Assembly (NCBI GenBank): GCA_030390025.1
Contig: CM059431.1
Location: 129,954,001-130,018,000, forward strand
Origin: Squalus acanthias
Lineage: Eukaryota
DNA length: 64,000 bases
Direction of reading: 5' to 3'
Positions 23,661 through 35,974 of the stretch are shown piece after piece (the stretch's first letter is position 1; each line of letters starts with the position of its first letter). Position numbers and translations under genes: made by a program. Below the pieces are notes generated by a model. The model saw nothing but the letters and a program-made list of their open reading frames with translations, was not told the origin of the DNA and did no database searches.

Positions 23661-24431
23661 ATACTGTTGGCCTGTATGAATCTGCTCTAAACCAGCAAAA
23701 TCAAATTTATTTTTAACTTTGCTTTAACTCCGGCCCTGAGGAAAGCAACACTAAACAACAAAGGTTGTGGGGAAAATCAGCGCAAATCAGAACTGTCGGA
23801 AACTTTAAAAAATGTTCTTTAAAATAGTTCTAGTAAGCATTCAAACAGAAAACAATTTTAACCTTTGGACTTCCATCTATGAATTTATGTTGCATTATTT
23901 ATAACATTTTTATAACATTTTTAGACTGCTAGGCGTGTGAAAGGTTAATGAAAACATCAGCCAAATAAAAAGTCTGACAGGCCAGCAGGTTTATTTGCAG
24001 ACAGCCTTGACAGCTGAAAGTGTAAATCACATACTGAAAAAATGATTAAAGTGAAAAAGTAAAGGATGATGCAATTAACCATGAAAAATGCCAGAGAAGA
24101 GAAGAGCAAGGGCCACAACAAATAGTTCTTTTCGCTTGGATTCTTGAATTATAAGTGGGAGAACTCTGTGAACACTATAAAAATTAAAGTTTGAGGAAAA
24201 ACATTTTTTTTAAATAGTTACTATAAATGCCACTGGTATAATTTATATCTGCCATTGCAAAATCATAACCCCAGATTCACAAACCATCATAAATGCATAT
24301 AAGTATAACTTATGCATTGCATTTTATTAATTTTCTTTCAAATTAAATTTTGATTTATACGCTTTCGTCTTCCTTCCTCCCTCAGCACCACCTCTAGGGA
24401 TGATATTGATCTGCTTAAAAGCAGGTTTGAA

Positions 24432-24976
24432 CTTAAGAAATAGGAGCAGCAGTAGGCCATTTGGCCCCTCGAGCCTTCTCCGCCATTCAATAAGATCATG
24501 GCTGATCTTCTACCTCAACTTCACTTTCCTGCACTATCCCAATATCCCTTGATTCCCTTAACATCCAAAAATCTATCGATCTCTGCCTCGAATATACTCA
24601 ACAACTGAGCCTCCACAGCCCTCTGGAGTAGAGAATTCCAAAGATTCACCACCCTCTGAGTGAAGAAATTTCTCCTCATCTCAGTCCTAAATGGCCAACC
24701 TCTTATGTTGAGACTGTGACCCCTGGTTCTGGACTCCCCAGCCAGGGAAACATCCACCAGCATCTACCTTGTCAAGCCCTGTAAGAATTTTGTATGTTTC
24801 AATGTGATCACCTCTCATTCTTCTAAACTCCAGAGAATATAGGCCTAGTCTACTCAATCTCTCCTCATAGGACAATCCCCTCATCCCAGGAATCAATCTG
24901 GTGAACCTTCATTGTACTCCCTCTATGGCAAGTATATCCTTCCTTAGGTAAGGAGACCAAAACTGTACACAATACT
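24432..24976 (-). mobile_element. CR1 LINE 3' fragment
   Basis: Minus ORFs 24687-24896 and 24521-24763, plus the 3' UTR stem and tail. Confidence 0.9.
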
Positions 24977-24981
24977 GAATG

Positions 24982-25679
24982 TAATGTTGTGCAGTAGAAA
25001 TTGCTCAGTAGCCACAGGTGTGCCTACGACAACACCGTTTCAGCCACATGCGCTAATTTTAGTAGTTCACGTGTACATTTAATTAACAACCATCCACCAT
25101 CATTCACTAACCAAGGAAGTAAAGCAGTCACAACAATCAAAAAACACTTGCAGACACTGCTTTACGTCTTACCATTTTACCAACAACTATACAAAAGTGT
25201 TGAAGTACACATGCATACAGGCAGCAAGTCACCAAGGTTTCTTCAGTAGCACCTCACAAACTCCAACCTCTACCACATAGAAGGACGAGGGCAGCCGGTG
25301 TATGGAAACGCCATCACTTCCAAACCCACACAATCCTGACTTGGAAATATGTCGCCGTTCCTTTATTGTCGCTGGCTCAAAATCCTGAAACTTGTTATCT
25401 AACAGCATTGTGGGAATACCTTCACCACATGGCCTGCAGTGGTTCAAGAAGGCGGCCCACCACCACCTTCTCAAGGGCAACTAGAGATGGTCAGTAAATG
25501 CCGGCCTTGCAAGTAACGCCCACATCCTGAAGAATGATTAGAAAAAAGTATTAAGATTGCCTGCACAATGATGGTATCTATTATTCATTTTTTATTTACT
25601 AATCATAAATATAATTGGCTATATTTGCATTCCCAATTAGCCACATGTGGCTAGTGGCTAATATTTTGGACAACAGTGG
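24982..25679. mobile_element. Possible old hAT-Charlie (MER3-like) MITE hosting a LINE fragment
   Basis: Right end TAGCCACATGTGGCTAGTGGCTA...TTGGACAACA (16-bp palindrome 25638-25653). Left end TGTTGTGCAGTAGAAAT...TAGCCACA. Resembles MER3 termini from memory. Confidence 0.4.
25228..25548 (+). mobile_element. 3' end of non-LTR 'family B' LINE
   Basis: Homologous to 55780-56105 (CACCACCACCTTCTCAAGGGCAA...GGCCTTGC...CCCACATCC...A-tail). Confidence 0.85.
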
Positions 25680-26304
25680 GCTCGCGGAGAAGCCATTGGT
25701 AAATAGTTATAATTTTTTCATATTTCATGAGCTTTACAATATTTTGCTGTTCTGTGCCACAAAGTGACAAATTTTAAATGAAGTTTTCCGTGGTATGTTG
25801 AGAGGTCAATCTTTCTAACATAGAGAAAAAAAGTTCCTGCTTAATAATAATAATCATGGCCATTTGTGAGCCAAATCAGTGAGTGGCAGCTGGCTATTTC
25901 ACCATGAGGAGACCATCACCACAGACCTCAATACTGTCAACGCATACACTGTCGAGCAGAGACAAATAGCAATCAAGAGGGGGATTTCCTGGCTGATCTA
26001 TGTTTTTGTCAACCTAGCCCTGGAGCACTGAGGCTAAGTATATTGCACCCAATGCTGCCTTGGCTGAGATCAGCGAACTCCGCATCGATGATGAATTGAG
26101 CCTGGAGTGTTGCACCAGGTATTGCGTTGGCTATTGGGGCAGCTGGAACTTTTTATTTCATTTGAGCTACCAAAATGAGGAGCCAAGGTCGACAGTGCAG
26201 AACACTGCCAAGGTTGGAGATTGAAGATGAGCAAAGCATTACTTATCAGACAAAAAGCATGTCCTTGTTTCCTGTTGAGGAGTGAAAGAACTCTCGAGAA
26301 ACAA

Positions 26305-26724
26305 AGAAAAGAAAGATTTGCATTTATATAGCACCTTTCACGACCTCAGGATGCACCAAAGTGCTTTACAGCCAGTGAAGTGCTTTTGACGTGCAGTCAC
26401 TGTTATAATGTAGGAAACACGACAGCCAATTTGCACACAGCAAGGTCCCAGATGCAGCAATGAAATAATGTCCAGATAATCCATTTTAGTGATGTTGGTT
26501 CAGGGATAAATATTGACCAGGACACTGGGGAGAACTTCCCTGCTCTTCTTCAAAATAGCGCCACGGGATTTTTTTACGTCCACTTGAGAAGGACAGACGC
26601 TATCTCCCTCAGTACTGCACTGGTGTGTCAGCCTAGATTTTGTGCTCGAGTCTCTGAGTGGGACTTGAACACGCAACCTTCTGACTCGGATGCGAGAATG
26701 CTACCACTGAGCCACAACTGACAC
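26305..26724 (-). mobile_element. tRNA-derived SINE (SacSINE1/DeuSINE-like) with an L2-type tail
   Basis: Minus-strand head TGTCAGTTGTGGCTCAGTGGTAGC (A box)...GTTCAAGTCC (B box). Tail GGTGCTATATAAATGCAA(TCTT)n. Homologous to 52293-52748. Confidence 0.85.
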
Positions 26725-27010
26725 TAAAGATTCTCTCTAGGTGGGGGAGTCTTAGACGGGCTTGGGCTTTATAGAGAGTTTAAGAGTTAATATTGACAAA
26801 AGAAATGCAACCTTATGTTTAATCTTCAAATGATGTTGAGTGACATATCTGGGCTGACCTTATTCCAGTAAATAGTTGGATTCAGTTTTCTAGCTAGAAA
26901 ATTTCTGTATTTCAGTTTGTGCTGGCCAGCAGGAAGGCTCGCTCTGTTTGAAACTGTAGCATATTTTAGCATAAGATGTGAGATCCTGTTTTAATATCTG
27001 TGATTTCATT

Positions 27011-27752
27011 GGCCCAAAAATTAGTGCCGCTACGCGAGAGTACGCACTGCGTACTCTCGCGTATTCTGTCTCCAATTGCCGGTTTTCTGCATGCACTGCG
27101 CATGCGCTGAAAACCGGCACTTGGTGAATGGAAAAGGGGGCGGGTCCTAGGTGAACCGTGTGCGCGCTACAGGCTGCGCGCATGCAGTGCACTTAGTGGT
27201 TTCAACGCGCAGGTAAGTACGGAAGATTCTACACATAAAAAAAGGAGTAAGACCCACTTTTAACAAGGTAAGTAGTGTATTAAGTATTATTTTGATTTTT
27301 TTTTTAACAGGTATATCTTTTTTAGAGACTTTAAAGACATGTAAGTTTATTTTTATAACTTTTTAAAAGATTTTAAATTTTTTCAAAAATTTAATTTTTT
27401 ATTTAAAATGGTTAATTTATTTAACTATACTTATTTTATTAATGTGATGGTTTTTAAAAAAAAATTAATTGAGGTTTAGCGGTTCTTTTGGGGGGCTATA
27501 GTATTCATAGCTTTCACAGCACTTATGTGAAAGTTATGAATGGAAGATGGTGTGCTGCCATTGGCTCTAACTGAGTCACGTGATCCCACAGCTCGCACGA
27601 ATTAACTACGCCGGTGGGATACGCAAGCCCAGCACAGCAGCTGTCCAGAACATCAAGTTCGTGCGAGCTGCAACTGAAAAAGCCAACGCGCAGTGAGAGA
27701 TCGCGGGGAGGCCTTACCCTCGCACGAAGGCTTCCTCACAAATTTTTGGGCC
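27011..27752. mobile_element. PIF/Harbinger MITE, complete
   Basis: Perfect 12-bp TIR GGCCCAAAAATT/AATTTTTGGGCC with 3-bp TSD ATT on both sides. A near-identical inverted copy lies at about 48543-49264. Confidence 0.9.
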
Positions 27753-28020
27753 ATTATTTCACGTATCAAGAAGAATATGTTCATTCACCTGTTTTACTTA
27801 AATACATTGTCTGTTGATTTAGAGCATGAGCCTCAGCCTGATAATATATTTTCAATCTGCTTTTTGAAGGGAGAAGTGTCATCTGGTATATGATAAGTTC
27901 CAGTAGCTGGAATACAAGTAAGGGTCCTCTGTTGCAATCCCTGAATTTCACTATAATTTACCTAGATACTGGGCAGAAAAAGTTATACTCCAGATCTTTG
28001 GAGGTGCAATTGAAAGGAAT

Positions 28021-29394
28021 TATTACTAGTCTTAGCCCTTTTCGGGCTACCCCGGATCAGGCGTATTCCCCAGACGTTCACCTTCAACTAAAGTTAGAGG
28101 TAGCCGGATCCTAAAGACGCTTAACTGGGTCTAAAGGTCCAGACTATCTCTCCCTAAAGGAAAGGAACAACCTGAAGATGTTACCATCCTCCAGATAGCA
28201 CTTTTAATAAGTTTAGCTAGACTGTAACCTTCCGGATATTATGAGGGTCTGGAAAACTCCCCCAGAATTCTGCAACTCCTCACCGAAGAGTGTACAGAGA
28301 TTGAGTTCGTGAGTTTGATACAGAAGTACTATTTGAGACAATTCTAAAAAATATAGATTTATTAAAGAACCGACATGTAGTTTACAGTTGGTGATTCAAT
28401 CGCAACTTTAACATTTCAAAAACAAAAGCCTTCAATTCTTTTAATCAGAGATCCTTATTCTCAAATCTTAACTTCGTTACATTTTTACATTTCTTAGTCT
28501 ATTGCAGAATATCCACCAAAATCAAATACCTTTGATACCCGAGTCTTAAAGAGTTGAAAACTTACAGAGCTTGCCTCTGAAGTCTGAGAATCGCTTTGCC
28601 CCTTCCAGCGAATTCTGTCTTCCTATTTGAAAATCCAATCTTTATACCCTTTCTCAGTGGTATATCCTTTGAAGTTTTCTGCTGATGTAAGCTAATTATC
28701 TCTAGTCATTTTTCTGTTGACCCCTTCTATTCTTAGTCAGTTCAGCTGCTAGCAAGCAGACTTGTGTCTCTCCTTTTAGGTGTTCAAAACTTATCATAAA
28801 AAATGGTTGTAACAGATGCATCCATTTGATGCCATTCTTACGAAAGTCTTCAATTCTTAAGTCACCTCAGCTGGTTGTATTACAGACTTCGTGTCTCCCA
28901 GGTGTTCCAAGTTTAGCACACAAACAATGTGATGGCTGTTGCATCTATTGATGTCATATTTATGAAAGTCTTCTGTTTGTATCTTTTTACAACATGTAAA
29001 TTAAAAACACTTCAACCGGGTATCTCATTGTCTTCTTAGCTACCTCAGTTGGTTGTACACAGACTCGTGTCTCCATGTTTCATTTGATTATATTTACGAA
29101 GGCATATGTTTCTTAAATTTATGTGATTCATTTCAAAATGTTGGTTTATGACACCTTAACAGGGTTATACCATTGTGCTCTTTCCAAAACTTAAGACTTT
29201 CTGGAAGCTCTAACCCTCTGCTTCAATAGGGCTATTGTTTCAGTGTCAACAACTTATCTTATCTCAAAAACCTGTATGGTGTTTACAGCTTTAGATTGTC
29301 AAGGCTTCCAGATTTTCAAACCTAGTATGTCATGTTTTAACCAAAATTCTTTCATAGGATGGTGTATTTTTCTGAATATGGCTATTCCTTCACA
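28021..29394 (-). mobile_element. Candidate long solo LTR (about 1.37 kb)
   Basis: Minus strand reads TGTGAAG..., three imperfect repeats (28730-29090), TATAAA (28641-28646), AATAAA (28358-28363), and ends ...GTAATA (CA altered). Flanks GAAT and CAAT are a possible TSD with one mismatch. Confidence 0.55.
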
Positions 29395-29656
29395 CAATGT
29401 CTGCTTATGGAAATGGCTGGTGATACTGGACCTGAGGGAAAATCTGGAATAGAACCCAACAACGTGACAGACATATGAACAGAGACATACCCATGATATG
29501 GTTGGAGGATGTTACAATCACTGTAGCCCTTCTAACCATGAACAACAATTTCACTAAGAGCACTCAGAGCTTGAAGCTGCAAAAGAGGTGCACACATTTC
29601 TGGAGGAACTAGCACTTCCTCCTGGACCAGAGCAGTAGATTTGTGTGAAAAGCTAT

Positions 29657-30520
29657 GGGGTAGAAATTAGGTCGCGCCCCATTTGGGGGCGCAAATATCG
29701 TCCGGACGCAAATATTAGCGCCTGGCGCTAATTATCGGCACTGACAGGAAACTTTACTTTTACCACCCCGGGAGGTGAGTGGAGCGCTAAAGCAGGCGCT
29801 GCACACCTCTCTTAAGGCGCAAAGGGCGAGCAGTGAGGCGCTAACTCGGAGCGCTGGCGAAGCTCATGTAATGTCAGTCAGCAATGGAACACACACACAA
29901 TGGCACGGGCCAGTTCTTAAAGGGGATGGTTAATCTTGCTTTCCATCCACATCCTGTTCATTGCAGCCTTGAATCTCGGCCTGGAGAGACTTGCACATCA
30001 AATGTGCTGGAAAGTACAATGGAGAGTACCAGGCAAAGAGCTCAGAGTGCAGCTCCCACAGTCTCTGCTAAATCGATACAAGGAATGGCAAATCAAAATG
30101 AACCTGCAAAGTGCTGCTCAGTACCCAGAACTCCTTCACACAACGTTGAATCTCTCCAGAAGTCTCTCCCTCTCTCTCTCAGAATGCGTAGTTCAAAAAT
30201 GCCACCAACAATAAAAGACAGGAAGAGGCCCCCTTTAAATAGCGCCCCCCCCAGCCCCACAGCGATTGATAGCGTTCCAGTCTTCTGGTCGTTGGAAGCG
30301 CCAGGCGGTAAGGCAGGGGGCGCCACTCAATTTCTGCTAAGGGGCGCCACAAGGGCGTTGCACCATGGAATGACGTCACAATCTGCGCGCGCAGGTGGTT
30401 GCAGCGGTAAGTTTTAGCGCCGCCGCACAATCTCAAGTTAAGTTCTCGAGCGGCGCAAACATCGCTGCGCCCGGGCTTTAAGGCGCTAACGGGAGGCGCA
30501 ACCAAGTGAATTTTTACCCC
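29657..30520. mobile_element. PIF/Harbinger non-autonomous element
   Basis: TIR GGGGTAGAAATT/AATTTTTACCCC with 3-bp TSD TAT on both sides. GGCGC-rich subterminal repeats. Confidence 0.88.
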
Positions 30521-31945
30521 TATATGTTTAAGTTGTTCACTGTGTGCTAGCTGCAGGTTCCTACTTGAATACTTGGTGAGATGCATCTATCTCCCTGATC
30601 CACAGGGAAGGAATAGAGCCAATGCACTAAACCTTATATAGACCAACTTTTTACATGTGTATTCTTGGACCAATTATTTTTACAAATGTTGCAGTTTTCC
30701 TCACCAAAATGTTTTTCCACCACTGAATTTAACCTTTGTATATCTTTTTTTCTCTTTGTAAATGTATCCTCCACTGTCTTGAAGGTATTGGCTCCTTTTA
30801 CTGGGGTACAGTTTCACTGGCAGCAGTCATCCTCTGCCACTTTGTCCAAGTGGTCATTTATCATGCGTGAATCTGAATGAGTGTCTGCAAACTGTCTGAC
30901 TGCAGAGGAAAGATACCACAGCTGCCTCTGTCTGCATTCGGTATTCATGTACATGCACATTCTGTATCGCCAATGTGTCGTAATCAAGAGCATGAACCCT
31001 ACACTCTGTTCCCTTTCCTAACTTACCAATTCTTATTGCAGTCTCAGTTAAGTAAGGTTGGCTAACTCAGCACAAACTGGCGAATGAACTTCTACATCTC
31101 CAAAATTACTTAAGTGTAACAGAAAATAGCCCTTATTTTTTTCAAGGAATATTTCCTCTCCACAAAAATGTTTCTGCAATCCTTGAATAATTGTCTGAAG
31201 GGAAAACTGGTTGCTATGTTCCCCATTGAAAAGATTAGCATCAAGAACATCCGTGGGGTTGTTGAGACATGTCTGAGTGAAATAGTATTGATACTGCATA
31301 ATACTGATTTTTATGGCCAGTTATTGTACTGATGCTAATCCTTGATGTTGAGATTTTCTGGGGTTGGGGGGGGGGGAATAAAATGAAATTACAACTTTTA
31401 AATCGGTAACTTTGTTGACTCAGTGTGTGTCCCACAAAGGTGCAGTGGATTTGCACAAAGTAATTCTGGAGTGTTCTTGACAAGTGATTTAATGTATTGT
31501 AAAGTTGAAGAAATACATTTTTATCATTTGATCTTTTTTAGCATAATAAAGTTCAGTGGGTTTCAAGAGGAAAGATGCATTGGTGACTATTTTTATATTT
31601 TGATGAGGCTGTGATTGAATTGAGAAAAGAGATAAAAGCACATTCTCATTTCACATATTGTCTTTTCTATGTAGAATACCGTAGCATATTATTGTAGAAT
31701 GGAAAGCAAAAGACAGAAAAATATTGATTGTAGTTCAGCTGGTATTATTTTGCCTTTTTACAGGTAAAATGCTTTTACCTCTTATGCTACTTTTCTAAGG
31801 CCCGGAATTGCATCATAACTTTTGCTGCAACAACAGCTTAAGATCTGCATTATGCCATTTTTTTCCTGAGGAAATTTGTGCATGACTTATGCTGGTATTA
31901 AGCAGGAAACTCGTTTGTGCTGCTTCTGAGCTACGCCCACCACTT

Positions 31946-32372
31946 ACAACAATAACTTGTATTTATATAGCACCTTTAACATAGTAAAACGTCCCAAGGC
32001 GCTACACGAGTATTAAAAGACAAAAAATTTGACACCGAGCCACATAAGGAGAAATTAGGGCAGGTGACCAAAAGCTTGGTCAAAGAGGTAGGTTTTAAGG
32101 AGCGTCTTAAAGGAGGAAAGAGAGGTAGTGAGGCGGAAAGGTTTAGACAGGGAATTCCAGAGCTTAGGGCCTAGGCAACAGAAGGCACGGCCACCAATGG
32201 TTGAGCGATTATAATCGGGGATGCTCAAGCGGCCAGAATTAGAGGAGCGCAGATATCTCTGGTGGGGGGCACGGTGTTGTGGGGCTAAAGGAGATTACAG
32301 AGATAGGGAGGGGCGAGGCCATGGAGGGATTTGAAAACAAGGATGAGAATTTTGAAATCGAGGCATTGCTTC
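31946..32372 (-). mobile_element. L2 LINE 3' fragment
   Basis: Reverse complement of the 3' part of the L2 at 15120-15525. Confidence 0.88.
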
Positions 32373-32685
32373 ATTAACATAGCTCCACCCTCATGCAAAA
32401 GACCAGAGAACGCAGGTTTTCTGCATTTACGCCAGTTCTGAATGGGTATAAAGTTACATCCTAAAATTTAAACACAGCGCTGCCTGAATCGGTGCACCTG
32501 AAATTTCTGCAGTTCGATGGTGATTTTTTTTATGATTTAAAAAAAAAGTCGTCATACCTGCACTATACTTGTCCAAACAGCTGTCAGTCTCAGTGCACAA
32601 GACATGTTTTCGGCCCTGTGTGTTTGGAAGGACTAAGTTGTAGGAATGGCCTTTCCAATGGGCAAACCGCTGTTCTGCGTACTCG

Positions 32686-33195
32686 GAACATAGGAACAGG
32701 AGTAGGCCACTGAGCCTCTTGAGCCTGTTCCGCCATTCAATGAGATCATGGCTGATCTGCGACCTAACTCCATATACCCGCCTTTGACCCATAACCTTTA
32801 ATACCTTTAGTTATCAAAAAGCTATCAATCTCTGATCTAGCATCATTTGCCATTTGCGGAAGAGACTTCCAAACTTCTACCACCCTTTGTGTGTCTAAGT
32901 GTTTCCTAATTTCACTCCTGAAAGGTCTGGCTCTAATGTTTAGACTATGCCCCTTAGTCCTAGAATTCCCAACCAGCGGAAATAGTTTCTCTCTCTCTAC
33001 CCTATCTGTTCCCCTTAATATCTTGAAATCTTCGATCAGATCACCCCCTTAACCTTCTAAATTCTAGGAAATACAACCCTAATTTGTGTAATCTCTCCTT
33101 GTAACTTAATCCTTGAAGTCTGGGTATCATTCTGGTAAACCTGCACTGCACTCCCTCCAAGGCCAATATATCCTTCCTAAGGTGTGGTGCCCAGG
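32686..33195 (-). mobile_element. CR1 LINE 3' fragment
   Basis: WAPHLRKDILALEGVQCRFTRMIP...EFRRLRG, followed by the 3' UTR stem and tail. Confidence 0.88.
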
Positions 33196-34726
33196 AGAAA
33201 AGGAAGAGGAACAGCAGAGGCAAGAGGCTCTGAGAGTGAGACGCCATGGCAGAAGACAGCACAAATCTTTTTACACTTGTGCTGTAACCCTGTTGGTGAC
33301 GTTGCATTGCGCTTGTTTTACACAAGTTTTTATGTTCCAGTGTAGGCAAATGAGCTCTGCAGGATATTGGGATGCAAGTTCCCATCAGCAAGGTTGGCGT
33401 ATAAATCGCCATAAATAAAATCGAGGAAATTCCAGGCCAAATATTTACTGTGTTCAAATGTTACTTGCATGCCTTTTTGAAAAAATGTTTTCCAACAAGA
33501 ATAAATCTTTTTTACTGCTGCTGGGGCTATGCCCAACATCAAAATGATTAGAGGGCTGATGTTGTTGAGCTCCCTCGGAGGTGGTATCTATGAAGGTGTT
33601 CATATATTGGGAAAATACTTTCAAAGAAGTAAAATAACTATACAAACCTGTCTATTTCCAGATTTTTTCATTATTCTGTGATCATGACAGTTCACTTGAA
33701 TAAATTGATACGCCAAACTTCAAGGACAGTTTTATCCTGTCCTGCCACTTTGAGAAGATGCTGTCATTTGAAGGGAAGCTCAGCCTTTTTCTGTGAATGA
33801 CATTAATTGATGGGGTCTGATGGATTTTAATTATTTGAGAAGTTTGAGCGATCATTGATATTGATTTGACATGCATGTCAAGCTGTTTGAAGAATGGAAC
33901 TTGATTTTGTAGGGTATTTTTGGCAGCACTCAACAAATGACATATAGCACCATCGTACAAGTGTGCATTTGTGGCAACATGGGCATTACCATTGGATAGT
34001 GAGAGTGGCACGTCCTTTAAATTCTATCTCGGAAGGCATTGCAAACGTCAAATTAAAAAAAAAAAATTGTAGCAAAAGGGAAAAGTGATTTAGGCAGCAC
34101 TTCATGGTACTAAAATGTCAAATCTTATTTAACACTGGAATGCCCGGAATTGCATATACCATTCAGCTTTAAAATGGCGATGGTCTCAATTTTTCTCCCC
34201 GTCTCTTAATGTAATTACTCACATTGAAATACCATCCTATGCCTGTTGGCAGCCCTCCTGCATCTTGCCTAAATCGCCATTCTTCAGCAGTTTTGGGAAC
34301 CTATTCAACTGTAGGGGTCATCATAGCTGATTTTTCCTTTCCTGCCTTAGATTCTTTAAAGCCAATTCTATTTTCCTCACTGCCACCACAGCTGAGATCA
34401 ACTGACTGTGAACAGAACCGAGATTGAACCTGGGATTTAGCTGGTTTATTTGTTTTTGCAGCTCATCAAGCACTGTTATGCTTCTGTACATATAAAATAC
34501 ATAGGAGTCAAATTTTACCATTGTTAAAGTAATATTTTCAATATCACTTGTTTGGTATTGAAAATTTCAAACAATTTTAGCAGAATGATACTGGGATTTA
34601 TAGGGTTAAATTATGAGGGCAGGTTGCATAAACTTGGGTTGTACTCCCTTGAGTATAGGAAATTGAGGGGTGATCCGATCATGGTGTTTAAAATGTTAAA
34701 TGGATAGGGTAGATACAGAGACATGG

Positions 34727-35960
34727 AGGATATTTTAACCCCACAACGTCCTGTGACAGTGCACCCTCAGAGGGAATGAGATCCACTGAGGAATCGTCCT
34801 CGGGAAAGTTGACAGACTGCTGCTCTACATGTGAAGGTCCTGGAGGAGAGAAGACAAGTATATGAATTAGTACTGGCAATGTAGCAATGTTGTCGCTCAG
34901 CATAATCAGGCTTATATTTCACATGTTGATGCAATAAAGTCAACATGACTATGTCTTGTGCAAGATATGTGTCAGATATATTTCTAATTCTGTCACCAGT
35001 CATCTGTGAATTCTCAGTCTCTCCATCTCCGATGGTCAGGGACGCAGAGATGCCACTGGTCTCCATTGCCTCATCCTTTGCATCTGTCAGCTGCACGATC
35101 TCTGGTGGCCCACCTCCAGTCCTCTCCCTTTCTCTTGTGTCTTGTGCTATCTTCTCCTGCAGTGGGGGAAAGAACAGACCTGTGAGTTATTGTAAGGCAT
35201 GTGTTCACCTGATGGATGTAGTCGGCGAGGGTGACTATCAGGCAGATGCATCACATTGCATAAGGACTGGAGTGAGCCGCAGTGATGGATGGGTAAATGG
35301 GGATGTAAGGAAGTGCATAGAAAGTGAGCAATGGCTGCTCTTGAAACTTAAGTGATTGCGAGGAGTGATGTGATGGAGTAGGCTTGACAAGACAGAGTGA
35401 GAGGGGAGTATTGTACACCACAGGATGTAGGTGAATCTGCTACTGTGCTCACCATTCCTGACCTGGTTAGGTCATTAAAGCATTTCCTGCACTGTATCCA
35501 GGAATGGGACACAATGCTCCTGCTGCTGACCTCAGCCCTCTCCAACTATGCCGCCTTCGCGACACCAGCAGATTTCTTTCTCTCATCGCTGGGGAAGAGT
35601 ATCTCTCCTACTTCAGTGCAGCAAGGAGTAGATCAAGCGATGCATCATTAAATTGAGGTGCAGCCTGAATCCATAATGAAACTTCTCCCTCTCTTTGCAC
35701 AAGCCCCTAAATCCTCCAAATTTCATCTTTGGATTGGCCCTTTAAATATTCGAGTTCAGATTGCATCATGCACCACGCCTGCTGATGCGCATTGGAGAGG
35801 CGAAACCTGGAAGTAAAATTGTAATTGGGTCGACATGTTGAAATTGGACATTCCGACGCACTGAAACTTCTTCTGGGTTTGGTGCCCGCTATCACACCGC
35901 CTCCGTTCCCCCTGCCCCCCGGCCTCCCCTCAGAACCCGCCTCTGGAGAAAATGGGAGGA
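34727..35960 (-). mobile_element. Harbinger-derived element carrying a spliced Myb/SANT-like gene remnant
   Basis: Minus ORF 35348-35545 contains SWIQCRKCFNDLTRSG. Putative intron 35157-35452 (GTGAGC...CTGCAG), then exon EKIAQDTRERERTGGGPPE followed by LTDAKDEAME. Confidence 0.72.
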
Positions 35961-35974
35961 GGAAGAACAAAAGA

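Larger units (their letters stand above)
31799..33438. mobile_element. Harbinger-like MITE containing nested L2 and CR1 insertions
   Basis: TIR GGCCCGGAATT/AATTCCAGGCC, flanks TAA and AAA. Confidence 0.55.

Noticed and set aside
26650..26724. tRNA gene (also 38685-38780 and 52680-52748)
   Set aside because: These are tRNA-derived SINE heads, continuous with SINE bodies and tails.
29884..30417. 177-aa ORF
   Set aside because: Lies within a TIR/TSD-bounded non-autonomous Harbinger element and has no complete domain.
33682..34011. 109-aa minus-strand ORF in unique sequence
   Set aside because: No recognisable homology or convincing splice signals; the region looks more like non-coding regulatory DNA.
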